Positions 39,090-46,863 of a stretch of DNA of 64,000 bases are shown here, piece by piece. Origin of the DNA: an uncultured Candidatus Saccharibacteria bacterium (GTDB lineage Bacteria; Patescibacteriota; Saccharimonadia; Saccharimonadales; JALRHH01); NCBI GenBank assembly GCA_964639295.1, contig CAZXDT010000004.1:11096-75095 (forward strand). Direction: 5' to 3'. Below the pieces are notes generated by a model. That model saw only the letters and a list, made by a program, of their open reading frames with translations, was not told the origin of the DNA and made no database searches. Numbering within the stretch: the first letter of the stretch is position 1; every line of letters starts with the position of its first letter. Made by a program: the position numbers and the translations under genes.

Positions 39090-39138
39090 GTTAAGTTGGC
39101 ATTTTTTCGCATATGGTGCGCAAAAATGCCAACTTAAC
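39090..39138. repeat. 17-bp perfect inverted repeat forming a long hairpin
   Basis: GTTAAGTTGGCATTTTT (39090..39106) pairs with AAAAATGCCAACTTAAC (39122..39138). An inner CGCA/TGCG pair extends the stem. Confidence 0.85.
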
Positions 39139-39165
39139 CGTAGCTTTACAAACTCCAGGAGAATC

Positions 39166-39522
39166 ATGACCACCAGCAAGCGAGTTGTCAGCACTATCAC
39201 GATCATTGTGATAGCCATCCTCGTGTTCGTTGCCTGGAAGACCATCTTCCACGACACCAACCAGCACGAGAAGCAGAACGCCGTCCACGCCCAGAAGTGT
39301 CCTCAGAACCCCACCATCATCATCCCGGGTACACAGCTGGTCCCCACAAGCGTCAAGAACACCGTCTTCCATGAAGATGACCCGTTCCACATCTACACCC
39401 ACTTCGTCGGACCAGACCACTACGTCTGTGGCGTACCTGTCACCGCTGAAGGGTACGAGCTCAGTTACCTGGGTCCGTATGAAAAGGGTTACGCCGTCAA
39501 GGTTCCCATTCGGGCGTACTGA
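39166..39522 (+). CDS. Hypothetical membrane-anchored protein with atypical (G/C-ending) codon usage
   Basis: 118 aa. An AGGAGA Shine-Dalgarno sequence at 39157..39162 precedes the ATG, and there is an N-terminal transmembrane helix (VVSTITIIVIAILVFVAW). By hand count, about 90 of 118 codons end in G/C. Confidence 0.6.
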   Translation: MTTSKRVVSTITIIVIAILVFVAWKTIFHDTNQHEKQNAVHAQKCPQNPTIIIPGTQLVPTSVKNTVFHEDDPFHIYTHFVGPDHYVCGVPVTAEGYELSYLGPYEKGYAVKVPIRAY

Positions 39523-39647
39523 AGCGTGTGAGCGGAGCTCTGTTTGTACGGTCACCCGTGCTCACATCTCCGCCCACACCCGCTCTACTCTGTCATATTA
39601 CTTTTTCTCTGAAGACATTCAGGTAAGAAGTAATATATACTTGTACT

Positions 39648-40145
39648 ATGGCAAATTTTTCTTTTGATATTGTTTCTGACTACGACAAGGCAGAAATGAA
39701 CAACGTATTCGATCAAGCCCAGCGCGAGATTGATAATAGATACGATTTTAAAGGCACCCCAGCTGCAATTGAGTGGCTTGATGGTGAAAAGACTGGTATT
39801 AAAGTAACTGGTTCTGGTGACTGGCAAATAGAGGCTATCCTCGATATTGTTCGCAAGAAACTAGCTAGCAGGAACCAAAGTCAGAAAACACTCGATACAT
39901 CCAAAGAACTTGTGACAAGCAATCTCAAAACTACTCAGGAAGTGCCGTTCGTAAAAGGCATGAACCAAGATAAGGCCAAGAAGATTACCGCCGTCATTCG
40001 CGAGCAGTATCCTAAGGTCAAAACTCAAATTCAAGGAGAAGAAGTCCGTGTAACCTCCACGAGTAAGGATGACTTACAGCAAGTCATGCAACTCATTCGA
40101 TCACAAGACCTCGACTTCCCAATAGACTTCACAAACTTCCGCTAA
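39648..40145 (+). CDS. yajQ: YajQ-family nucleotide-binding protein (UPF0234)
   Basis: 165 aa with SFDIVSDYDKAEMNNVFDQAQREIDNRYDFKGT. Confidence 0.9.
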   Translation: MANFSFDIVSDYDKAEMNNVFDQAQREIDNRYDFKGTPAAIEWLDGEKTGIKVTGSGDWQIEAILDIVRKKLASRNQSQKTLDTSKELVTSNLKTTQEVPFVKGMNQDKAKKITAVIREQYPKVKTQIQGEEVRVTSTSKDDLQQVMQLIRSQDLDFPIDFTNFR

Positions 40146-40175
40146 ACAATAGCTTTTTACGTTATACTTTAGGGC

Positions 40176-41495
40176 ATGGATGAACAGCCTGATTTGTTAG
40201 CTTCCGCAACAGCTGTTCTTGATATGAATGGGCGCGGAGCATATACGGTTCCTGCGCCTGATCTATACCCTCACCAATGGCTATGGGATAGCTGTTTTAT
40301 CGCAATTGGGCTTCGCCATATCGATGTTGATCGTGCCAAGAATGAGCTACTCAGTCTTGTTCGTGGACAGTGGCATAATGGCATGCTCCCGAATATGATT
40401 TTTGCTGACGGCGTTAAATACAACCGCGACCGTACTATCTGGAACAGTGCAATCAATCCTAACTCTCCTGATGGAGTAGCGACATCTGGTATTACACAGC
40501 CGCCAATGCTAGCAGAAGCAGTAGTACGAGTGGGTGAGAAACTCAAAAAAGCCGAAAGGCGCAGCTGGTACAAACAAATGTACCCTGTGCTTTTGTCCTA
40601 TCATGAGTGGTTGTATGCTGAACGTGATCCACATAATGAAGGGCTTGTGCTACAAATCCACCCTTGGGAAACGGGGCTCGACAACACACCACCGTGGATG
40701 AGTGAAATGCATGCCCATCAGCTGGCCGTCTGGATTCAGATAGTCAAAAAATTACACCTTGGGCCGGTATTCAACCTATTCCGCCGTGATACAAAGCGCA
40801 TCCCATCTGCCCAGAGGATTAACGTAATTGATGCACTTGGGCTATTTAGTACACAGCGTCGCTTGCGTCGTAAAAGATATGACATCAATCGCGTATTGAG
40901 ACATTCGTTGTTTTCTATTGAGGATTTAACATTTAATTGTGTATTTATCCGGGCTAACCAGCACTTGACAGACATCGCAACATTCCTCAAAGAAGACCTA
41001 CCCGAGGAATTTGTGGACCATACCAAGAAAACCGAGGCCGCACTTGAGCAACTCTGGGACGCATACTCTGGGCAATACTACTCGAGAGACTTTGTGACAC
41101 ACAGTCTGATTAAAGAGCCTTCTATTGCCACCCTCATGCCACTGTACGCAGGCACACTAAACCCCGATCGTGCCAAGCAGCTTGTCAGGTTACTTGAGAA
41201 TCAGCATGTTTTTGGGACCGACTTCCCTGTCGCTTCTGTACCTATTAGCTCCTCTTGGTTTGATCCTGATGGCTACTGGCAAGGACCGACCTGGGTTAAC
41301 ACCAATTGGTTACTAATTGAAGGGCTTAAGCGTATGGGCTACGCCGATCACGCCGAGGCATTAACACAGTCAACCCTGGACCTAGTCAAACAACATGGTT
41401 GTTATGAGTATTTCAATCCACTCAACGGCGAAGCAGCAGGTGCGCCCAACTTCTCCTGGACCGCAGCGCTCGCTATCGATTTAGATAAAAATTAG
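40176..41495 (+). CDS. (alpha/alpha)6-barrel glycoside hydrolase, GH63/MGH1-like
   Basis: 439 aa with YPHQWLWDSCF, GITQPPM, HPWETGLDNTPPW and YWQGPTWVNTNWL motifs. Confidence 0.75.
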   Translation: MDEQPDLLASATAVLDMNGRGAYTVPAPDLYPHQWLWDSCFIAIGLRHIDVDRAKNELLSLVRGQWHNGMLPNMIFADGVKYNRDRTIWNSAINPNSPDGVATSGITQPPMLAEAVVRVGEKLKKAERRSWYKQMYPVLLSYHEWLYAERDPHNEGLVLQIHPWETGLDNTPPWMSEMHAHQLAVWIQIVKKLHLGPVFNLFRRDTKRIPSAQRINVIDALGLFSTQRRLRRKRYDINRVLRHSLFSIEDLTFNCVFIRANQHLTDIATFLKEDLPEEFVDHTKKTEAALEQLWDAYSGQYYSRDFVTHSLIKEPSIATLMPLYAGTLNPDRAKQLVRLLENQHVFGTDFPVASVPISSSWFDPDGYWQGPTWVNTNWLLIEGLKRMGYADHAEALTQSTLDLVKQHGCYEYFNPLNGEAAGAPNFSWTAALAIDLDKN

Positions 41496-42547
41496 TCTTC
41501 AATAATTGGTTTGTCGAGTAGCAGTGGCTCAACTGATGGACTGCTATCTGTGATTTTCACTATGTCACGGTCAACTTTGCCGAGCTCTTTATACGTAGAG
41601 TTGTAGTGGTTTACTGTGGTGCCAAGTGAGTTACCAAGCTTTTGCATATATGCATTGTGGGCGACCAGGTGCTTACCAAGCTGCTCGATATTCTTGCGGA
41701 TTTTTTCTGTGTCTTTGTGGATTTCGATACTGCGGAGACCCTGCATGATTGTCTGTAACATGGCGCTGAGCGTGCTTGGTCCTACAATGGTGACCTTCTT
41801 CTCGCTAGCGTATTGGATAAGGTTACGGCCACTGACATTGCCAAGACCTACTTTATTTGCGAGTAGGTCGTAGTAGATAGCCTCGCTTGGGATAAACATT
41901 AGTGCCTGATCAAGTGTGCCTTTGCCCGGCAAGATGTACTTTGCAGTTTCATCAATACGACGCTTTAGGTCTTCCTTGAACGACTTAGCAAGTGCTTCTT
42001 GTTCGGCAGGTTTGGCTTCGAGGAGTCTATTGTAGTTCTCGAGACTAAACTTACTATCTAGTGGCAGTATGCGATCGTCGAGGATAATAGCCGCATCAAC
42101 AATCATGCCTTCAGCAAGTTTGTACTGCAATTGGTAGGCGCCAGGAGGCAAAGTGTTCTTGAGGATTTGCTCAAGATAGAATTCACCAATGACACCACGT
42201 TGCTTAGGGTTTTGCAGAACATTCTGTAATGTCTTTAGTTCGTTAGCAATGTCACCAACATTCTTGTTAGTACCCTCGAGTTTAGTGAGCTTTTCGGTCA
42301 CATCCTGCAGTATCTTGATGCTCGCCGCTGACTGAGATGCTATCTGCTTATTACTTGCACCTAGCTGATCAGTTAGCTGTTTCTGAACACCATCCTTGAG
42401 CTGGGTGATATCTTGACTCAGCTTTGTAAGGTCTTCTTTGAGCAGTAATGCGGTATTACCATCGGACTTTGGCGTGGCTTGTTGCTTCAAAATAAAAGCC
42501 ATAAGCCCAAGCACTAATATCCCTAAAACAATAACCGTAATATCCAT
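41492..42547 (-). CDS. rmuC: DNA recombination protein RmuC
   Basis: 351 aa with an N-terminal transmembrane helix, a coiled coil, and the RmuC nuclease core (DAAIILDDRILPLDSKF, MFIPSEAIY). Confidence 0.9.
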   Translation of the reverse strand: MDITVIVLGILVLGLMAFILKQQATPKSDGNTALLLKEDLTKLSQDITQLKDGVQKQLTDQLGASNKQIASQSAASIKILQDVTEKLTKLEGTNKNVGDIANELKTLQNVLQNPKQRGVIGEFYLEQILKNTLPPGAYQLQYKLAEGMIVDAAIILDDRILPLDSKFSLENYNRLLEAKPAEQEALAKSFKEDLKRRIDETAKYILPGKGTLDQALMFIPSEAIYYDLLANKVGLGNVSGRNLIQYASEKKVTIVGPSTLSAMLQTIMQGLRSIEIHKDTEKIRKNIEQLGKHLVAHNAYMQKLGNSLGTTVNHYNSTYKELGKVDRDIVKITDSSPSVEPLLLDKPIIED

Positions 42548-42559
42548 GCCTATATAGTA

Positions 42560-43285
42560 CTATGTCAACCGAGTAATAATGAAGATAAAGACTACTCCGA
42601 GAATTGTTAAGCCAAGTGACTTGAAGGAATTATTTTTAGTATGGGCGTGTGGCAGAATGTTGCCAGCTGCAATATACATGAGAAGCCCTGCGAAGAAACC
42701 GAGGTAGATTGTCAGTGTAGATTCAGAAAAAGTGTATACCAGGCTCGCAAGACCACCAATTATCGGCATGACAACAACCACTCCCAGGAACTTCTGTATC
42801 TGTACGATTTTGTTCTTGTGTAACAGCATGAAGCTCGCTGTATCAAACCCGTCAGCGAAGCGGTGTCCAATCACTGCCAATGCCACAGCATATCCAACTG
42901 TTGAGCTAACCTGGAATGCTACACCAATACTAAGTCCGTCAAGGAAGCTGTGTCCAATCAGGGCAAGCGCTCGACTTACACCTAGTTTTGGATGCTGGTG
43001 TGGGCCGTATTCATGTTCATGCCCCTCGTGAACCAAAATAAACTTTTCTACTATATGGAATAGCAAGAACCCCGCAGCGAACGCTACCATAGGCCAAGCC
43101 GGGTCTAGATTATTATTCTCTACGCCTTCGAAAATCTCAGGAAGTAAATCAAACGCAACAAGCCCAAGGACCAGCCCTGCCGTAATGCTCATTGCGATGT
43201 GTAGTTTATGTTGGCTTTTAATTGCAGTATAGCCGCCAGCTAAGGCTGCGATGGCCGCTGCAACAGTAAGTAAAAATATAGTCAT
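42560..43285 (-). CDS. ZIP-family divalent metal transporter
   Basis: 241-aa polytopic protein with a His-rich loop (HEGHEHEYGPHQH) and HSFLDG/HRFADG motifs. Confidence 0.9.
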   Translation of the reverse strand: MTIFLLTVAAAIAALAGGYTAIKSQHKLHIAMSITAGLVLGLVAFDLLPEIFEGVENNNLDPAWPMVAFAAGFLLFHIVEKFILVHEGHEHEYGPHQHPKLGVSRALALIGHSFLDGLSIGVAFQVSSTVGYAVALAVIGHRFADGFDTASFMLLHKNKIVQIQKFLGVVVVMPIIGGLASLVYTFSESTLTIYLGFFAGLLMYIAAGNILPHAHTKNNSFKSLGLTILGVVFIFIITRLT

Positions 43286-43291
43286 AGTGGT

Positions 43292-43345
43292 ATCGTACAG
43301 TCTGGTCAGCTATTATTGCAAATTTGTCGCAATTTTGCGTATAAT
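43292..43345. promoter_or_regulatory. Divergent promoter region with a shared palindromic -35 and a candidate Fur/Zur box
   Basis: TTGCAA (43316..43321) is its own reverse complement. The plus-strand -10 is TATAAT (43340..43345) and the minus-strand -10 is TACGAT (43297..43292). An imperfect palindrome GCAAATTTG-tcg-CAATTTTGC spans 43318..43338. Confidence 0.45.
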
Positions 43346-43351
43346 TGCACT

Positions 43352-43774
43352 ATGGAAGCCGCCATACATACTCTTGCGATCACTTTGAAGTCCAATAACT
43401 ATAGCCTGACAATGGCTAGAAAGTTAGTTTTTAAAGCATTACTAGATAAAGAGCCCCAAACCATGGCGGAACTTGTAAAAGCTGTTGGTAGTAAGATCGA
43501 CAGAGCAAGTATCTATCGTGTAGTTGCCCTGTTTGAACAGCTTGGCATCGTAGACAGGCTACAAATAGGCTGGAAGTATAAATTAGAACTTAGTGATAGC
43601 TTCAGGTCACACCATCACCATATTACTTGTACTAATTGTGGACGGACTCAAATGTTTGAGGAGAGTCGGGTTATAGAGTTTGAGTTGAAACAGCTTGCAG
43701 AAGAAGCAGGCTTCATAGAAACAGGCCACCAACTCGAACTCCGTGGCCTCTGTAGAAATTGCCAAAATAAATAA
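43352..43774 (+). CDS. Fur-family metalloregulator
   Basis: wHTH region (ASIYRVVALFEQLGIV), HHHH, and CTNCG...CRNC zinc-site pairs. I prefer the ATG at 43352 to the TTG at 43316. Confidence 0.85.
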   Translation: MEAAIHTLAITLKSNNYSLTMARKLVFKALLDKEPQTMAELVKAVGSKIDRASIYRVVALFEQLGIVDRLQIGWKYKLELSDSFRSHHHHITCTNCGRTQMFEESRVIEFELKQLAEEAGFIETGHQLELRGLCRNCQNK

Positions 43775-43796
43775 AGACCCGGATTCGGGTCTTTAA
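43774..43796. terminator. Bidirectional stem-loop terminator after the fur-family gene
   Basis: AAGACCCG-gatt-CGGGTCTT, flanked by an A-run on the 5' side and TTT on the 3' side. Confidence 0.65.
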
Positions 43797-43879
43797 GGTA
43801 GAAGCTAAAGCTTCTACTCCCATTCTACGCCCCCCAATCCTACACTTTCAAGCCTTGTAATATCTACTGATAATTACAA

Positions 43880-44212
43880 AATACTTGCTACCACCGATCA
43901 CAGACGCCTCACAATTGTGTCAATTTGGATTTTGTTCTGCGTATCGCAAAGGAGGCGTACTTTAGTACGGTGACTGCGTACCGTAAAGAAGAAAATTCGA
44001 AGTGACCAATAAGCTTAGCGGGTCGCGAGCTCTGCTCGTGAGCAGGCTAAGCAGGTGTGAGGTGTCTGAATAAAAAAATCCCGGACAAAAGCCCGGGATT
44101 GTTGGAAGCCTCACACTTCCACTACCATGGTACGTCTATTAGACTGCTTTTTCAACCCCAAAGTCCTTACGGTTTGGAGTCAAGTACACCCTCTGTTATC
44201 ATACCTGTAACA
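43880..44212 (+). other. Long hairpin-rich 5' leader / unclassified structured region upstream of the TerC/DUF475 gene
   Basis: Candidate promoter TTTCAA-17-GATAAT (43846..43874). Competing hairpins lie at 43956..43985 and 44024..44045. Stem GCTTAGC/GCTAAGC spans 44013..44052, stem GTGTGAGG/CCTCACAC spans 44055..44116, and the inner hairpin is at 44077..44100. Confidence 0.35.
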
Positions 44213-45265
44213 GTGAAGAATTTTTTAGACAAAATCACACATCCAGCAGGGCTTTTCAGGATATACGGCTTCTCGCTGTTTATCACGCTACTTGTATGGG
44301 CTCTCGTCGGCATATACAGTGGTTTTGGAGCTCTCATAACAGTCGTGATCCTAACACTTCTTGAGATAACCTTTAGTTTCGATAATGCAGTTATCAACAG
44401 CCGTATCCTGGTTACACTCTCTAAGTTCTGGCAAACTTTGTTCCTAACCATAGGTATTATCTTGGCCGTATTTGTTGTAAGGTTCTTCGTCCCTATCTTA
44501 ATCGTTGCGATTACCGCCGGACTGAGCCTATCAGAAGTGGTTCATCTTGCACTCGACAACCCTCACCAATATGCGGAAGAGTTACATCAGTCTGCACATA
44601 TGATTGATGCATTTGGTGGTACGTTCCTATTACTTGTCGGAGCGAGCTTCTTTATAGATGCTGGCAAGAAGCTACACTGGCTAAAAGCAATTGAACAACC
44701 CCTTGCAAAGGCTGGTAAGCTACACTACTTTACAATCCTTACAATGATTCTTATGACTGCTGCTATATATGTTGGTAACCTAAGCCGTTACGACTCCAAT
44801 GAGCGCAACGCAATCCTATTAGCCGGTGTTGTGGCCATTACTTTGCATGTAATTATGGGCTTTTTTGACAAAATTTCTAATAGCCAGTCTAAGTCGTCTA
44901 TCAAGGAAAAAGTTGGTATGTCGGCATTTATCACATTCATGTATCTGCAGCTACTTGACGCCAGCTTTAGTTTAGACGGTGTTATTGGAGCCTTTGCTAT
45001 CACGAGTAGTGTCGTATTAATTGCCGCTGGGCTGGGGGCAGGAGCGGTCTGGGTTCGATCTATGACCATACACTTAGTGCGATCAGGCACGTTGGCAAAG
45101 TACAAGTTTCTTGAGCACGGCGCCCACTGGGCCATAGTCTGTCTTGGACTAATTATGCTTATGAAACTCTACGGCTTTGAACTGCCCGAGTGGGCCACAG
45201 GTAGTGTAGGTCTTGTCTTTATCGCCTTCTCAATTGCTAGCAGTATCAAAAAGCAGTCTGCCTAA
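44213..45265 (+). CDS. TerC/DUF475-family integral membrane protein
   Basis: Polytopic protein with the LLEITFSFDNAVINS motif about 55 aa from the proposed GTG start at 44213. The track start at 44057 adds a non-hydrophobic extension that overlaps RNA hairpins. Confidence 0.7.
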   Translation: MKNFLDKITHPAGLFRIYGFSLFITLLVWALVGIYSGFGALITVVILTLLEITFSFDNAVINSRILVTLSKFWQTLFLTIGIILAVFVVRFFVPILIVAITAGLSLSEVVHLALDNPHQYAEELHQSAHMIDAFGGTFLLLVGASFFIDAGKKLHWLKAIEQPLAKAGKLHYFTILTMILMTAAIYVGNLSRYDSNERNAILLAGVVAITLHVIMGFFDKISNSQSKSSIKEKVGMSAFITFMYLQLLDASFSLDGVIGAFAITSSVVLIAAGLGAGAVWVRSMTIHLVRSGTLAKYKFLEHGAHWAIVCLGLIMLMKLYGFELPEWATGSVGLVFIAFSIASSIKKQSA

Positions 45266-45434
45266 ATCTTGAATCCAGAAGGCTAGCACTTGAGTGCCAG
45301 GTGCAATTTCTCTTCGAGAAACGGACCAAGCCGTACAGATGGTACGGTGAAGGGAGTATCGCAGAAGAAAATTGTGCTTGGTACCAAGAGGCTAGCAGAG
45401 TTTCTGGCTCTGCCAGGAAGTCAGCTAGCTGGTG

Positions 45435-45818
45435 CTAGTCTTGTGGTTTGTCTTCTAGTTCGTGGATACGGTCGTGATCTAATCCATAATGGTGGGCAAT
45501 CTCATGCCAGAGTGTATGTTTAACCTGTTTCTTAACCGCATCAAGATCTGGAGAATACCGCACTATTGGGTTTTTGAAGATAGTTATCTTGTCGGGTAAT
45601 ACAAGGTTATAGCCATCGCCACGTTTTGTAAGAGGTATACCCTCATAAAGTCCAAATAATGTCTGGTTCGGGCTAAGCCTTTGTTTAACTCGTTGTTCAG
45701 GAGTTGGGTCTTCTGCCCATACAACGGCTACATTTTTAACATGCGCCAAGAACCGCTCTGGCAAGGAATCCATGGCATCGGCAATTATTTTTTCAAAGTC
45801 TTGATCGGATAGTTCCAC
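45435..45818 (-). CDS. Zincin-like metallopeptidase-family protein (Zincin_1/DUF1025-like)
   Basis: 127 aa with HEIAHH (HExxH) in TLWHEIAHHYGLDHDRI. Confidence 0.75.
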   Translation of the reverse strand: MELSDQDFEKIIADAMDSLPERFLAHVKNVAVVWAEDPTPEQRVKQRLSPNQTLFGLYEGIPLTKRGDGYNLVLPDKITIFKNPIVRYSPDLDAVKKQVKHTLWHEIAHHYGLDHDRIHELEDKPQD

Positions 45819-45882
45819 TACTCAAATTGTAACAGATAACCTCTATACAAGTTCCCTGTTTGGCCGTACAATAAGCCAATCA

Positions 45883-46863
45883 ATGAGTACCACTCTTCTC
45901 GTCCTAGTAGTAACACTACTCATCTGCATGTCAGCAATCTGCTCGGGGCTCAATGTCGCCCTAATGTCACTCGAACAAGGTGACCTCAAGCGTAAAGCAC
46001 GGCTGGGTAATAGGTTTGCAAAACGTGTACTGCCATTACGCCGGAATTATCACCTTACACTGGCAAGCATTCTTTTAGTAAACGTAGCAGTAGTTTCAGC
46101 AACTTCACTTGTACTCGAAAGTGTCATGAGCGGCATACTAGCTGGGCTGCTTGGGACACTACTTATTGTTACTCTTGGAGAAATCGTCCCCCAAGCGTTA
46201 TTTAGTAGACAGGCACTGCTATTTTGTGGTGTGCTGACACCTGCTATGCATTTTATGATTCTGGTAACATATCCGGTGTCAAAGCCACTACAGCTATTAT
46301 TAGACCGCATGTTCAAGCACACTCCTCACCCGCTCCAAAGTCGTCACGAGCTAGGCCTAGTTATAACCGAACATCTCGACAATAAAGGCAGCGAGCTCGA
46401 TGATGACGAAGTAGAAATCATACGTGGGGCGTTGTCCTTGAGTGAAAAACGTGTACGTGAAATAGTGACACCAATTCAACGCACTTACTGGCTTACACCA
46501 GATACTCTCATTGACGCCCACCGCATCCTGGAAATCCAAACCAAATCATGGAGCCGCATCCCCGTATTCTCCGAAGACCTAACAATTTGTTATGGTGTGT
46601 TACTCATGAAGGATCTCGTTAATATTAACTTTGCCAAATCACCCATGGCTGTAGATGCATTGCCGCTACACCCTACCAAACTAGTTGGCAGCATGACCGC
46701 GCTCGACACAATGTTCCGCAAATTTATCAACGCACATACCCACCTCATACCAGTTGAAAAAGACGATGTAATTGTCGGTGTTGTCACCATTGAGGACTTG
46801 CTAGAAGAGATTGTTGGACACGAAATCATCGATGAAGTTGATCACCGCGTCAACCGCAAGTAA
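45883..46863 (+). CDS. CNNM (DUF21) + CBS-pair membrane protein, CorC/HlyC-type
   Basis: 326 aa with an N-terminal DUF21 transmembrane region (GEIVPQALF) followed by a CBS pair. Confidence 0.85.
   Translation: MSTTLLVLVVTLLICMSAICSGLNVALMSLEQGDLKRKARLGNRFAKRVLPLRRNYHLTLASILLVNVAVVSATSLVLESVMSGILAGLLGTLLIVTLGEIVPQALFSRQALLFCGVLTPAMHFMILVTYPVSKPLQLLLDRMFKHTPHPLQSRHELGLVITEHLDNKGSELDDDEVEIIRGALSLSEKRVREIVTPIQRTYWLTPDTLIDAHRILEIQTKSWSRIPVFSEDLTICYGVLLMKDLVNINFAKSPMAVDALPLHPTKLVGSMTALDTMFRKFINAHTHLIPVEKDDVIVGVVTIEDLLEEIVGHEIIDEVDHRVNRK

Noticed and set aside
38957-39165. Possible T-box leader upstream of pheS.
   Set aside because: No T-box sequence (AAUUAGGGUGGNACCGCG-like), AG bay or specifier-loop architecture was seen on the minus strand. 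The hairpins present lack the terminator/antiterminator pair.
39091-39667. Two further long ORFs (39091..39555 minus, 154 aa; 39230..39667 plus, 145 aa) overlapping the 118-aa gene.
   Set aside because: They are expected by-products of a stop-codon-poor, GC-rich segment. Only the 39166 frame has a Shine-Dalgarno sequence, an ATG and a sensible transmembrane helix. The others are Pro/Arg/Ser/Thr-rich junk.
43940-44060. Expected a yybP-ykoY Mn riboswitch upstream of a TerC-family gene.
   Set aside because: The hallmark GGGGAGUAG and UUGACAUA/GAGACC blocks are absent. AAAGGAGGCGTAC is only a superficial match.
44077-44100. GGACAAAAGCCCGGGAT resembles the conserved 3' block (GGGA.AAAAGCCCGGGAGA) of the ykkC guanidine-I riboswitch.
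   Set aside because: I could not find the other conserved blocks (CUAGGGUUCCG, GGUCCGAGAG) upstream; GGGTCGCGAGC is only loosely similar. In addition, TerC/DUF475 is not a typical ykkC-regulated gene. The region is kept only as part of the unclassified leader.
44057-44212. The track start (GTG 44057) for the TerC/DUF475 protein, giving a 52-aa N-terminal extension.
   Set aside because: The extension is non-hydrophobic and has no Shine-Dalgarno sequence. It runs straight through the strongest RNA hairpins. A start at GTG 44213 places the SFDNAV motif at the distance usual for this family.
44167-44451. A 94-aa minus-strand ORF upstream of the minus-sense terminator-like hairpin at 44100..44077.
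   Set aside because: It is antisense to the membrane-protein gene, has shadow-frame composition, and has no promoter or ribosome-binding site. The hairpin orientation remains noted in the leader finding.
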